64,000 bases of DNA, taken from a virus. Its lineage: Duplodnaviria; Heunggongvirae; Uroviricota; Caudoviricetes. This document shows, one piece after another, positions 7,960 to 17,164 of the stretch (the first letter of the stretch is position 1; every line of letters starts with the position of its first letter). Both the position numbers and the translations under genes were made by a program. The stretch covers positions 1 to 64,000 of the IMG/VR virus record IMGVR_UViG_3300046787_000302. One strand, given 5' to 3'. Under the pieces are notes generated by a model that saw only the letters and a program-made list of their open reading frames with translations, made no database searches and was not told where the DNA came from.

Positions 7960-8517
7960 TTACACATCAGCCATGGTGTCGTTAATCACGTCAATAACGT
8001 AGTCACACTCACCATCAATGATTGCTTTGAATAATACGAAATCGTAGTTTGAGTTAACGATCTGTTTTGTTAATCGATCAAAGCGTTTGAACTCAGCCAT
8101 CTTTTCTTTTACAAAGCCTTGAAGCTTATCTTGAAGTACACTTAAGTCAAGACCTGGGAACGAATCTAGTGCTCCTTCTTTTAGCTTGTCCATGATACGA
8201 TTATCACCAAGCTTTTCATAAGTTTGCACACGTTTCTGCCACACATAGTTGGCTTTCTCGTGCCAAATCAAGAAGCTAAAGATAGCAAAGATCTCTTCTT
8301 GCTTGTTATCGACTGTCTTTATGATAGTCTCAAGAACAGACGTCTTCTTCATTAGTTCACTAGGGACTTCTTCGCCAGCATCTTTAAAGTCTTTCTCTAA
8401 AAGATTAGCCTTTGTAGACTCAAAAATAATACGACATATGATGTTTTGTGTAACATCTTCGGTCAAACAAAATGCATCATGCATCTCATTTGAATCATGT
8501 TTGAACTTGTATTCCAT
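7960..8517 (-). CDS. hypothetical protein
   Basis: ORF. The likely start is the MEYKFK Met, whose ATG overlaps the upstream gene's stop. Confidence 0.4.
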   Translation of the reverse strand: MEYKFKHDSNEMHDAFCLTEDVTQNIICRIIFESTKANLLEKDFKDAGEEVPSELMKKTSVLETIIKTVDNKQEEIFAIFSFLIWHEKANYVWQKRVQTYEKLGDNRIMDKLKEGALDSFPGLDLSVLQDKLQGFVKEKMAEFKRFDRLTKQIVNSNYDFVLFKAIIDGECDYVIDVINDTMADV

Positions 8518-8518
8518 G

Positions 8519-8974
8519 TTAGTATTCGATTGTTTCACCCTCTGCCTGTAAAGCAAAAAGGTAAAGTTGGAAAGCTTGATGAGTGTCTTGTGCAAGAATA
8601 GAGTAACCGTTTATAAGATACATCTTACGGCTCTCGTCATCTGTTGTCCACTCAGTCTCTGGTAAGAGTTTAACAACAGGAAACATATCATTACCAATAT
8701 TAATGTATTCATCCTGTTGTTTAACAATGTTGTGTGACTCAAGAAACTTGATTAAGCCAGGCATCTTCTCTTCAGAGTTGATGATAGCATCGTTTGAATC
8801 AAGACCTGTCTTGTTACAACAGGTCGTGGCTTCAATTATTAATGAGTTTCTTAAGTTGTAGATCTCTAACTTTGCAGATCCGTCTTCATACTGACCTTGT
8901 TTAACTATAAAGTTAACCTTGTCGTTGTTCTCGTCCTTGTAGAAGGTAAATACTTTGTGTTCTGACATTTCCAT
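8519..8974 (-). CDS. hypothetical protein
   Basis: ORF. Confidence 0.4.
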   Translation of the reverse strand: MEMSEHKVFTFYKDENNDKVNFIVKQGQYEDGSAKLEIYNLRNSLIIEATTCCNKTGLDSNDAIINSEEKMPGLIKFLESHNIVKQQDEYINIGNDMFPVVKLLPETEWTTDDESRKMYLINGYSILAQDTHQAFQLYLFALQAEGETIEY

Positions 8975-8977
8975 GGT

Positions 8978-9319
8978 TTAGTTGATTTCAAGATAGTCTT
9001 CGTCAAAGATTACTTCTGATGGGATACGTGTTACTTTAATGCTAATACCGTAAATCTTCATCTGGAAGTTTACTTTTACCGGTAGATCAACAAGCTCTTC
9101 AGTAATTAATACTGCGTTTTCTAGAAGTTCCGCTTTTGCAGCCTCTTTATATGCTTGCTCGTCCATTACAGACTCTAACTTTTTTACATGGTTGTAAACA
9201 TTACTATAAGGCAAAGACATGCCTTTTGCAATGACTTTAATCGGCATACCTTTTTTATGCCACTCTGTAATTCTTTCTCTTGTCTGTAAAGACATTCTGT
9301 TACGCTTTGAGTTTTTCAT
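8978..9319 (-). CDS. HTH-domain protein
   Basis: ITEWHKKGMPIKVIAKGMSLPYSNVYNHVKK looks like a helix-turn-helix. Confidence 0.4.
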   Translation of the reverse strand: MKNSKRNRMSLQTRERITEWHKKGMPIKVIAKGMSLPYSNVYNHVKKLESVMDEQAYKEAAKAELLENAVLITEELVDLPVKVNFQMKIYGISIKVTRIPSEVIFDEDYLEIN

Positions 9320-9429
9320 CTTGTGTGAGATTTATTAGTTATTAATTATTTTACGATACATTGTGTAGAAGATAAAGAAAGAAGCCAGCATAACCAGCTC
9401 CTTTGCTACTAAACCCTCTACTTATTCAA

Positions 9430-9627
9430 CTATGATTTTAAATACTTTAACTTGTAATGCATGTGTATAATAATACCAGCCATTACTAAAAAGATTGCAG
9501 GACCTATAATACAGAAAACTGTTATGTTTAAGGCCATGTACGATACACCCAAATACTCAGCTAATACTTTAAAAACTTCAACACCTAGTGTATAAAAAGC
9601 TTTCATTAGATAATCTAGCTTATTCAT
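9430..9627 (-). CDS. small membrane protein
   Basis: Hydrophobic helices. Confidence 0.3.
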   Translation of the reverse strand: MNKLDYLMKAFYTLGVEVFKVLAEYLGVSYMALNITVFCIIGPAIFLVMAGIIIHMHYKLKYLKS

Positions 9628-9631
9628 TTGT

Positions 9632-9865
9632 TTACTCTTTACCGTATCTAATAGTGATTACACCAAGCAATAAAAAAGCAATAATAGCAGCTATTCCTGC
9701 CATGTAAGGATGTTCAGTGTAAGCATATTGTATAGCAGCACAAACAGCTAATACTAATACTAATAGATTAAAGATTAAATCTATACGTTTTTCGTTTTTC
9801 ATCTTGAGTTGGATTAAAAGGTTACCACTCAAAGGCTTCTTCAAGCTCTTTGACTGTTTTATCAC
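9632..9865 (-). CDS. small membrane protein
   Basis: Two TM helices. Confidence 0.3.
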   Translation of the reverse strand: MIKQSKSLKKPLSGNLLIQLKMKNEKRIDLIFNLLVLVLAVCAAIQYAYTEHPYMAGIAAIIAFLLLGVITIRYGKE

Positions 9866-11276
9866 ATGTTATTACTTTGTCTTTTTGTAGTTTATCACAA
9901 AAAGCTCTAGATACTTCTTCTACTTTACTATGGTAATAAAGATATATATCATCATTAATCTTTGCGTTTCTAATACCATAGAACTGATCAATAACGAAAG
10001 GTGCTACACCAGTCTGAAAGCTTTGAAGGTTATCATTAAGATTAACCTTACTACCACCAACAGTATGTTCAGATCTATAAGTAAACCTAATACTTAATGT
10101 ACCTTGAACACCTCCATAAGTAGTATGATAGGTAAGATAGTTACCTTTCTTTACTCTATCCCAGTAACTAGTATAGAAGCAATGATGCATCTTTTTACCT
10201 TCTTCAAAACCTTTACGTTCAGTGTTCACAATATTTGTAAACTCATCTTCAAAGTCTTTAAAGAAAGAAGCAAACTGATACATATACTCGTTCTGGTCAT
10301 CTTTGTCTTGAATCTCATACTCAAGTAGTTCTTCCGACCACTTGTTATGCTCTTCATTCATTCGCTTTTCTGACCATAGTAAGTCAATCTTTCTACCAAG
10401 TATGTCAGCCTGCTCAAGCATATCATGTAAGATATGAGCAAAGCCTTCACCTTCTTCAAGAAAGCCAAGTGGTTTATAACTAGTACGTTCTCTATAGGCA
10501 GGAGCACAATAAGTACGACTATAGTTATAATCAGTTTGTACTGCTTGCCTATCATCAACGGCATATCGTATTGACGTATGACTTCCTGTTGGTACCATTG
10601 CTTCAGTATACTCTATCTCCTTGATTTTGTGATAGTTATATAACTTCTCAATGAATGCATTTGCGTTTACAGCAGTTTTTAGTAAAGACATTACTGTACT
10701 AGCATTGTTCTTGTACAAAGATGAACTGTCACAACGCATGATATCAATAAACTTTCTAAACATTGCTGGTGATACATCAATCTTATTAGACTTAATGACG
10801 CACTTGATAAAGTCAGTTGGGTTTGTAATCTTACCAACTAGCACCTTACCAAAGTTACTCTTTGACAAGTAACAGGTTAATGCACGGTCGTTATACAACC
10901 AATCAGCTTTTATAGCAGTGAGTATTCTACTAAGTATGTTGTTTGAAAAAGAACTAAAGTTACCATTCCACCATACTTGTATAGTACCACGTTTATTAAC
11001 TGTAAAGCCTTTTGCATCTTTTGAGTGTCTTGCAAGGTAATACACATTATTCTTACGCTTTTGTACTTTGTAAGCAAGTTGAGAAAAGTATGCAATACCA
11101 TCTTCAATCTTTAGGCTCGTATGATAATACACACGAGTTTGAAACTCACTATTACGTTTGTACTCAAGAGTTTTTGCAATACCATTTGGCTTGCTCACAA
11201 AGTCATGAACTACTTGAGGTACTGTTTCAAGGATTATAACTTGATTTTCCATTATACTAATCTTAAGTCTGACCAT
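9822..11276 (-). CDS. large hypothetical protein (484 aa)
   Basis: Long uninterrupted ORF with no motif I can assign. Confidence 0.45.
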   Translation of the reverse strand: MVRLKISIMENQVIILETVPQVVHDFVSKPNGIAKTLEYKRNSEFQTRVYYHTSLKIEDGIAYFSQLAYKVQKRKNNVYYLARHSKDAKGFTVNKRGTIQVWWNGNFSSFSNNILSRILTAIKADWLYNDRALTCYLSKSNFGKVLVGKITNPTDFIKCVIKSNKIDVSPAMFRKFIDIMRCDSSSLYKNNASTVMSLLKTAVNANAFIEKLYNYHKIKEIEYTEAMVPTGSHTSIRYAVDDRQAVQTDYNYSRTYCAPAYRERTSYKPLGFLEEGEGFAHILHDMLEQADILGRKIDLLWSEKRMNEEHNKWSEELLEYEIQDKDDQNEYMYQFASFFKDFEDEFTNIVNTERKGFEEGKKMHHCFYTSYWDRVKKGNYLTYHTTYGGVQGTLSIRFTYRSEHTVGGSKVNLNDNLQSFQTGVAPFVIDQFYGIRNAKINDDIYLYYHSKVEEVSRAFCDKLQKDKVITCDKTVKELEEAFEW

Positions 11277-11473
11277 TTAACTAAAGTATTCCATAAGACG
11301 CCTGTCTTTGGATTTGCAACAGCGACTAATCCATCAGGATAGACGTTTGTTACACGAGCTATTGTCTTTTTATTTGCTGTCCATACAACACGATAAAAAG
11401 CACCTCGTTTTGGTGTGCCAATCACTAGCTTATCAATATATATCATCGTATTTGTAGTATAAGATTTTACCAA
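11252..11473 (-). CDS. hypothetical small protein
   Basis: ORF. Confidence 0.3.
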   Translation of the reverse strand: MVKSYTTNTMIYIDKLVIGTPKRGAFYRVVWTANKKTIARVTNVYPDGLVAVANPKTGVLWNTLVKWSDLRLV

Positions 11474-11648
11474 TAAGCATAGATACTATTGCTGACACAA
11501 AGACATAACCAAACTGGTCATCCGTAAGCTCACCTTCTTGAATACCAGGAATGTGATTGTATGATACGATTGTGTATGTCATTGAAATGATAGCGTATGA
11601 TATAAACACTATGGTTAATATCGCGAAGAGTTGTTTACGTTTTGACAT
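11433..11648 (-). CDS. small membrane protein
   Basis: TM helices. Confidence 0.3.
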   Translation of the reverse strand: MSKRKQLFAILTIVFISYAIISMTYTIVSYNHIPGIQEGELTDDQFGYVFVSAIVSMLIGKILYYKYDDIY

Positions 11649-11713
11649 TGTCGTAATGATTAAAGGGTTAAGTAATCTAAAAAGCCTTTTTATATCATGC
11701 TTAGGATATGTTT

Positions 11714-11995
11714 CTACTCGGCAGGTTCTAACTCTTGGATCTGACGCATAACATCAGTTACTTCCTCTGGAGTCAAATGACCGATAACGTCATCAGTTAC
11801 TGGTGTATCATAGGTTATATTACCATTTCTGTCTAGGACAGCTGCTTCATATAATCCTTCTGGACCACCATAAGTAAATGCACCTTTGACAACAGATATA
11901 TAATACCCATTGTCAAACTGCATGCATGCTCTAACACCACTACCTGATAGGTCGTAGCTAATACCTTCAAACTCTAAGTCTTTGAATGTCAACAT
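11714..11995 (-). CDS. hypothetical protein
   Basis: ORF. Confidence 0.35.
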   Translation of the reverse strand: MLTFKDLEFEGISYDLSGSGVRACMQFDNGYYISVVKGAFTYGGPEGLYEAAVLDRNGNITYDTPVTDDVIGHLTPEEVTDVMRQIQELEPAE

Positions 11996-11996
11996 G

Positions 11997-12212
11997 TTAG
12001 CGATTGTTTAAAGTTTCAAAGTATATACCAATACAGGTAACAACACCACCAAACAGGAACACTACATGGTCGGCAAGATTACCAACAGTAAAAATTCTAA
12101 CGAATCCAAACAATGACACAGCTGTACCTAAAGCCATGATAATGATAGCACCTCTTTTTAGTGCTTGCTTACGCTCTTCTTGAGCTTTCTTGATTAATTC
12201 TGGAGTAATCAT
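11997..12212 (-). CDS. small membrane protein
   Basis: Two TM helices. Confidence 0.3.
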   Translation of the reverse strand: MITPELIKKAQEERKQALKRGAIIIMALGTAVSLFGFVRIFTVGNLADHVVFLFGGVVTCIGIYFETLNNR

Positions 12213-12350
12213 GTTAATAAGAGTTATGGATTATTAATTATATTCTTTTAGCAACCACTGCTTGTAAGCTTGGTCTTTGTTATTTATTTCACTTAGCTGT
12301 TTTTCTTTTATCATCTTTAGTAATACAATAGAGTTTCTGTGTATAAAAGA

Positions 12351-12671
12351 TTAAAGATTAAATGAATCTGGATTAGGTCTACGGTGATGGTCCCATGTAA
12401 TACGGTCTTCTTCATCACCAGCCCAAGAATAAGAACCATCTTGGTACCAAATAATGATACCAGTTAAAGAGCTAGGATATATAGTAAAGTTTACATCTTG
12501 AAGATATTTATCAAACTCTTCAGTAGTATATCCTCTTTTTAGATCATATTTTCTTTCTGAGTTTGAACCTATTGAGGTTGTCATACATAGAATGGTTTTA
12601 TCTTTAACTAACGAATGACTAAGACCTTTTAATATACAGTCTTTAATGTTGGTTGGTTGGTTTGTTTTCAT
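12351..12671 (-). CDS. hypothetical protein
   Basis: ORF; the start is probably the internal Met (MKTNQPTN), because the upstream extension is low-complexity. Confidence 0.3.
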   Translation of the reverse strand: MKTNQPTNIKDCILKGLSHSLVKDKTILCMTTSIGSNSERKYDLKRGYTTEEFDKYLQDVNFTIYPSSLTGIIIWYQDGSYSWAGDEEDRITWDHHRRPNPDSFNL

Positions 12672-12690
12672 GCGTGTGTTGGATTGGTTA

Positions 12691-12972
12691 TTAAACTGAT
12701 TTGATTCTACCAATAACAGTAGCACTTGTACTACCACGGTCACAACCGCAGCCACATTGCCAGCCCCACACCTGTAGGACCATGTTCTTACTGATCTCAT
12801 AGTACATAAACTCCTCATCATTATAGTAATAAGAAGAAGAATTATTTACATAAGATTTGTACTTAGCTTGCTTATGTTTGACATAATGCTGAGCTTTTTT
12901 AAGCGTATTGAATACAATCATTTGATAAAAGATTAAAGCAGATTTGGTAGCCACCAAACGGGCTACCGTCAC
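12691..12972 (-). CDS. hypothetical protein
   Basis: ORF. Confidence 0.3.
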   Translation of the reverse strand: MTVARLVATKSALIFYQMIVFNTLKKAQHYVKHKQAKYKSYVNNSSSYYYNDEEFMYYEISKNMVLQVWGWQCGCGCDRGSTSATVIGRIKSV

Positions 12973-13062
12973 TCTGCTAGGTGAAACAATGAGATAAGTA
13001 GGATCTCAATGACTATTTAACACCACACCTGCCTGTGATGCCAGGTCGCGTGGCCTGGATTG

Positions 13063-13177
13063 TGAACAACATAGGATTCGAACCTATGATTTGTGAGCCT
13101 TCAGTAGTATGCGACAGCTCATCCTGGATCGATTTATTACATACTTTCAGTGCGTGTGCCTTCCCCGCCTGTTGTTC
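13063..13177 (-). ncRNA. over-length tRNA-like element (115 nt)
   Basis: Acceptor GAACAAC/GTTGTTC, D-arm GCG-GGGAAGGCACA-CGC, T-arm CATAG-GTTCGAAT-CCTATG. The interior carries a 6-bp hairpin AGTATG...CATACT flanked by duplicated CTGAA. Confidence 0.4.
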
Positions 13178-13187
13178 GTTACTTATA

Positions 13188-13601
13188 TTATTCTTTATAA
13201 TAATATTCATACATCTCTTGAGCAGTTGGTTTTGGTACACCATGCTGAATGAATAATGCACTCATATTATGATTATTATCTCCACTTGGTTCATAAGATC
13301 TATCATTAATAAATCTCCAAGCTTGGAAATAGCTAGTATCATAAGCTTTAATAAACTCATTAATTGTTTGCTTAGGCCCCATAAGCAGTTGTCCATTAAC
13401 AGCTACACGATAACTGATACCTATGTTAACATCACCTTGCTCAATTATGATCCAGTCATACTTAGGATATACTACAAGTTTCTTTACTTTATTTAGCGCA
13501 GTAGTTGGTGTATAACCAGGATGAAAATGCTTTATAACATCAGCTATAACAAGAGATGCTTCTGGTTGAAGTAAGAACTTCTGGAATCTGTTTAGTGACA
13601 T
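13188..13601 (-). CDS. hypothetical protein
   Basis: ORF. Confidence 0.4.
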   Translation of the reverse strand: MSLNRFQKFLLQPEASLVIADVIKHFHPGYTPTTALNKVKKLVVYPKYDWIIIEQGDVNIGISYRVAVNGQLLMGPKQTINEFIKAYDTSYFQAWRFINDRSYEPSGDNNHNMSALFIQHGVPKPTAQEMYEYYYKE

Positions 13602-13932
13602 AAGTAATTAAAGTTAGTTGTGAAAAAAAAGAGGACTGATTACCCTCTCTGTACCGTTTGCCCGGTTGACGATTTCATCTCCACGCCAGAGCGTACCCTT
13701 ACAGTGGCTGGTTGTCGCTAATGAATGACTGTGATGAAATATTCATCATTCATCAGACTCGAGATTTATCCCCTCTGCAACTCAATTGTAACATAGCTCG
13801 TACGTTCGGTCCCTAGTCCAGTATTAATGGGTGAAGGTTAGTATCGTTGCCGTGTTCAGATAATACAATTGCTATCCCTTGGGAAGATAGAATGATGCAT
13901 TAGATAAAAGGGAGCACTAGACTCCCCATATA
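13602..13932. other. GC-enriched non-coding block (candidate structured RNA or cis element)
   Basis: 330 nt with no ORF. It is visibly more GC-rich than the flanks and contains several short stems. Confidence 0.3.
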
Positions 13933-14238
13933 CTACTTAACCAAGCCAACTTTAATCCATGTCTTGTACTCTTCAATATAAGAGCCAATACTACGGACAG
14001 ATAAGCTAGGATGAACATACTCTGGTTCAACTGCTATAGTTCTAATGCTTGGATGAACAGATAGATAGTTGGTTTTATCAACACTACCTATGTAATCTTT
14101 ACCACAATAAATGTGGATACCCCATTCTTCTGTTCGACTCTCTATTGCTACAATACAAGGATCTTCAGAAGTAACAGGTATAAGGTAACCATAAGCTCTG
14201 CCTAGGATACCAGTTTGAACGAAAGGTGTTGGGTTCAT
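13933..14238 (-). CDS. hypothetical protein
   Basis: Isolated ORF inside the control region. Confidence 0.35.
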   Translation of the reverse strand: MNPTPFVQTGILGRAYGYLIPVTSEDPCIVAIESRTEEWGIHIYCGKDYIGSVDKTNYLSVHPSIRTIAVEPEYVHPSLSVRSIGSYIEEYKTWIKVGLVK

Positions 14239-14801
14239 AATAATGACGGTTATATGGATAAGGATTCGGGTTATCTAAAAGAAGAAGAAACAACTAACCT
14301 ATAAGACACTATAAGAGATAGTAATAAGATACTAGGTCAAGTGTACAAGACTGAGAAAGAACAAGCCTAATGACGTATAGCCATTTGATCCACCTCATAT
14401 ATGCGTTTAAAGCACATAGGACAAGTTAATCATTTGCCAGTGAGAGGATCACCCACTATCATATCAACACACACATCGTTGTACTATTCCAAGATTATCA
14501 ACTTATAACTGATGCTATATTAACATAAGGGTCTCAGATTTCTCGGGGTTTATACTTAACTTTCTGCAAGATTGCATCAAAACTAACCGATTCATTGTAC
14601 TATTCCAAGAAGCAAGAAAAAGAAGCCAGATAACGTTAGACGCTGAGCTGAGTAGACGTGAAGGAAACTTGAGTGCGCTGAGTAGAGGAGTAGGGTAAAG
14701 GGAGAAAACTTATTTGCTTTCTCCCAACTACCGGATGGTACTCCTACCGAAGGTTTGTTCTCCAGTAGGTGCTCCATATCCTTACGTCCGGATGGTACTC
14801 C
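14239..14801. promoter_or_regulatory. repeat-containing non-coding region
   Basis: Direct repeats TTGTACTATTCCAAGA (x2, ~120 nt apart), CCGGATGGTACTCC (x2, 52 nt apart) and GCTGAGTAGA (x2). Inverted repeat CCTAC...GTAGG. Confidence 0.35.
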
Positions 14802-15104
14802 CTAGCGTTTAGGGAATAACCATTTGAACGTAGCATCGCGCTCCAACTCTTCGCCTGTTACCTCATCGGTATAGGGAAGTTTGACTTGGCGCTCCACAAT
14901 CTCGAACAAGTCTAAGTCTGCTTCGAGCACTTTATTATCAACCGGAATCGGTTGTTGTAAAGCTACGAAGTAAGTCTGACCTGCACCTTTCATATCAAGG
15001 CCGGCAAACTTTACAGACTTACCCTCAGTTTTGATGGTGTGGATGTAGTTTCCTTTTTCAGTGATAGCGCTAACTTTGGCTACGGTGAATTTAATCTTGT
15101 TCAT
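14802..15104 (-). CDS. hypothetical protein
   Basis: First gene of the minus-strand block. Acidic C-terminus. Confidence 0.4.
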   Translation of the reverse strand: MNKIKFTVAKVSAITEKGNYIHTIKTEGKSVKFAGLDMKGAGQTYFVALQQPIPVDNKVLEADLDLFEIVERQVKLPYTDEVTGEELERDATFKWLFPKR

Positions 15105-15129
15105 TGTCGTAAACGGTTAAGTGAATGAT

Positions 15130-15530
15130 GTGATTAACGAGTCAAGTATATCCTGCTCTAAACAAAGTAAGGGAGAAAAAACCCAAACTAAATCTAGTTC
15201 CCTATAATACATAGGGGGATACACCTGCTCAAAACGAAGTAGGGGATGCCAATCATATATCCCCCACACAACGTGTAACATACTAAACCCCGATTAGGGA
15301 GGGGGTATGTTGGTATAGGATAAATAAGGGGGGGTATAGTCATCCAGGTGACCTGTGTATATAATAAGATAAAAAGCCTATTATATATAGTAGGTCATCT
15401 AGGTGACCATACCCTACTCACGGGCTTTAAATGCGGGTGCTAAAAAAACTTACTGAAACACTTGCATATTACTGGCGGTCTAGTTAAATTTGGTAAGTTT
15501 AAAACCATTAACTATCTTATTATTAGAGCG
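15130..15530. promoter_or_regulatory. divergent control region with iterons and inverted repeats (candidate origin or early promoters)
   Basis: Direct repeats CCTGCTCTAAACAAAGTAAGGGA and CCTGCTCAAAACGAAGTAGGGGA. Near-identical AGTCATCCAGGTGACC and GGTCATCTAGGTGACC. Inverted repeat GGGGGATA...TATCCCCC. G-tracts. Confidence 0.4.
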
Positions 15531-15532
15531 GT

Positions 15533-15814
15533 ATGATACATCCATGCAAAATATTGTGCAATACACTAGACGAAGGGCAGGCTGAAGACCTTGGTATTAC
15601 TGACCCGGGGGTATGGGTTGATGCTGCAATTGAGACGGGGTCTATTATAGCAATAAAGAGGAGGTCACATGATAAGGCAGAAGATGATTATTACGCCACA
15701 ACCGTCTATATGGATAATGGGGACGTGTTTGTTATTGATACTGCGTTTCATATTATGTTGAATCTGTGGAGGGAACCGAAGCTATCAAAGAAAGAAGGAA
15801 AAGCAAACTTATAA
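15533..15814 (+). CDS. hypothetical early protein
   Basis: First plus-strand ORF. Confidence 0.4.
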   Translation: MIHPCKILCNTLDEGQAEDLGITDPGVWVDAAIETGSIIAIKRRSHDKAEDDYYATTVYMDNGDVFVIDTAFHIMLNLWREPKLSKKEGKANL

Positions 15815-15826
15815 ACCAACAATAGT

Positions 15827-16105
15827 ATGTCAGAACAAGAGACAGAATTACAAGAACAGAAGATTCCAACAAGAGAGGAGATGATTAAGTTTTACACTGA
15901 TCAGATCGAGTTAAAGCAGTTACAGGTTCAGTTACAAGAATTGAACACTGCGTTTTTAAAGGCAAAGTCAGAAGAGATTCAGATTACTGCTTTTATTGGG
16001 GAGATGATGTCAGCTCGTCCAGATGAAGATGGTGAAGAAGAGGAAGATAACACTCCACTTCAGCAGCCTCAAGAAAGAAAGCTAAAGACTGATGGCAACA
16101 TTTAA
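15827..16105 (+). CDS. acidic coiled-coil protein
   Basis: Glu-rich helical sequence. Confidence 0.4.
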   Translation: MSEQETELQEQKIPTREEMIKFYTDQIELKQLQVQLQELNTAFLKAKSEEIQITAFIGEMMSARPDEDGEEEEDNTPLQQPQERKLKTDGNI

Positions 16106-16466
16106 TCTAGTCGAAAAGAAAGCAAAGTTAGAGTTCTGGGATATTGTAAAGTTCCAGATTCTAACTTACTGCTATCTTGAGAAGGTGGCAGTGTCTGAAT
16201 CAGATTTGGACTGCTTGACGTTCTTGGCTTTAACAGGTGAAGAGGAGCTTACAGTTTTCTGTACAAGATGTGCAGACAAAGGAATATTCTCTTCTGCACA
16301 GACAGTTAGGAATGCGTTAACAAAGGCGGAGAAGAAGAACTTGATTGTAAAGGATGGAAAGGCAAAGAAAAGAATCTCTTTGAATCCTGACATGAAGGTG
16401 TTTTCAAGTGGTAATGTTTTGTTAGACTATAAATTCGCAGCCGTTGCTACGTCCCAAGAAGCCTAA
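16092..16466 (+). CDS. winged-helix DNA-binding protein
   Basis: IFSSAQTVRNALTKAEKKNLIVKDGKAKKRISL looks like a wHTH. Confidence 0.4.
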   Translation: MATFNLVEKKAKLEFWDIVKFQILTYCYLEKVAVSESDLDCLTFLALTGEEELTVFCTRCADKGIFSSAQTVRNALTKAEKKNLIVKDGKAKKRISLNPDMKVFSSGNVLLDYKFAAVATSQEA

Positions 16467-16854
16467 GACCGTGTATGATCAGGTTGCTGATGATCTAAAG
16501 TTGAATCAGGATATGATTGCTGATGTTGGTAATCATTTCTGGTCTGTGGCAAGAGAGTCTTTATCAAGGTTAAAACATGTTAGAATACATATTCATAACT
16601 TTGGAGACTTTACCATAAAGCACTGGTTGATAGAAAAGGAGCTTGCAAGAAAACAAGCTGCTCAAGAGTTAAATGAGCAGAAGGGTGATCAGAAGGCAAC
16701 AAATATCTACAAGAGTGCAGAGAAGTATTACGATCTTCTACAGTTAAAGAAACAGTTTGACGAGGAGATGGCAAGAAAAGAGTTTATTGAAAACCATAAG
16801 AAAACAGCATATGCAAATAAACAAGGAGAACCTACTCAAGGTATGGAAGAGTAA
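16444..16854 (+). CDS. hypothetical protein
   Basis: ORF. Confidence 0.4.
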   Translation: MLRPKKPKTVYDQVADDLKLNQDMIADVGNHFWSVARESLSRLKHVRIHIHNFGDFTIKHWLIEKELARKQAAQELNEQKGDQKATNIYKSAEKYYDLLQLKKQFDEEMARKEFIENHKKTAYANKQGEPTQGMEE

Positions 16855-17164
16855 GGGACAGATCTTGGAAGGTATTGTGAACAATGTCTTTAAGCAGGAT
16901 CATATCGAGGATATAGCAAATGAAAGACTGCGTATTTGTGAATCAAATGCGTGTGGTTTGTATGACAAGGATGGGTCTTCAGAGAAGGCTTTTGTTAAAG
17001 GATCTCCTGCATGCGGGGGATGTGGATGTAAATTAGATCTTAAGGTTCGTTGTATGGCATGTGCTTGCCACTTACAGGACGTTGGTGAACATCCACTATG
17101 GGTACCGGTATTATCACCTGCTGAAGAGCAAGTATTGAGGGAACGTTTAGATAAGCAACAATAA
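16808..17164 (+). CDS. cysteine-rich (putative zinc-binding) small protein
   Basis: CESNAC...PACGGCGC...CMACAC cluster. The start was chosen at the internal Met to limit overlap with the upstream gene. Confidence 0.35.
   Translation, partial: HMQINKENLLKVWKSKGQILEGIVNNVFKQDHIEDIANERLRICESNACGLYDKDGSSEKAFVKGSPACGGCGCKLDLKVRCMACACHLQDVGEHPLWVPVLSPAEEQVLRERLDKQQ

Noticed and set aside
13013-13261. Minus 82-aa ORF and plus 73-aa ORF over 13035-13256
   Set aside because: They overlap the tRNA-like element at 13063-13177; the translation is a typical tRNA read-through artefact.
15130-15530. Possible CRISPR array, because of repeated 15-25-nt motifs
   Set aside because: There are only two copies of each motif, with unequal spacing and no conserved repeat-spacer periodicity. 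The pattern fits iterons and operators better.
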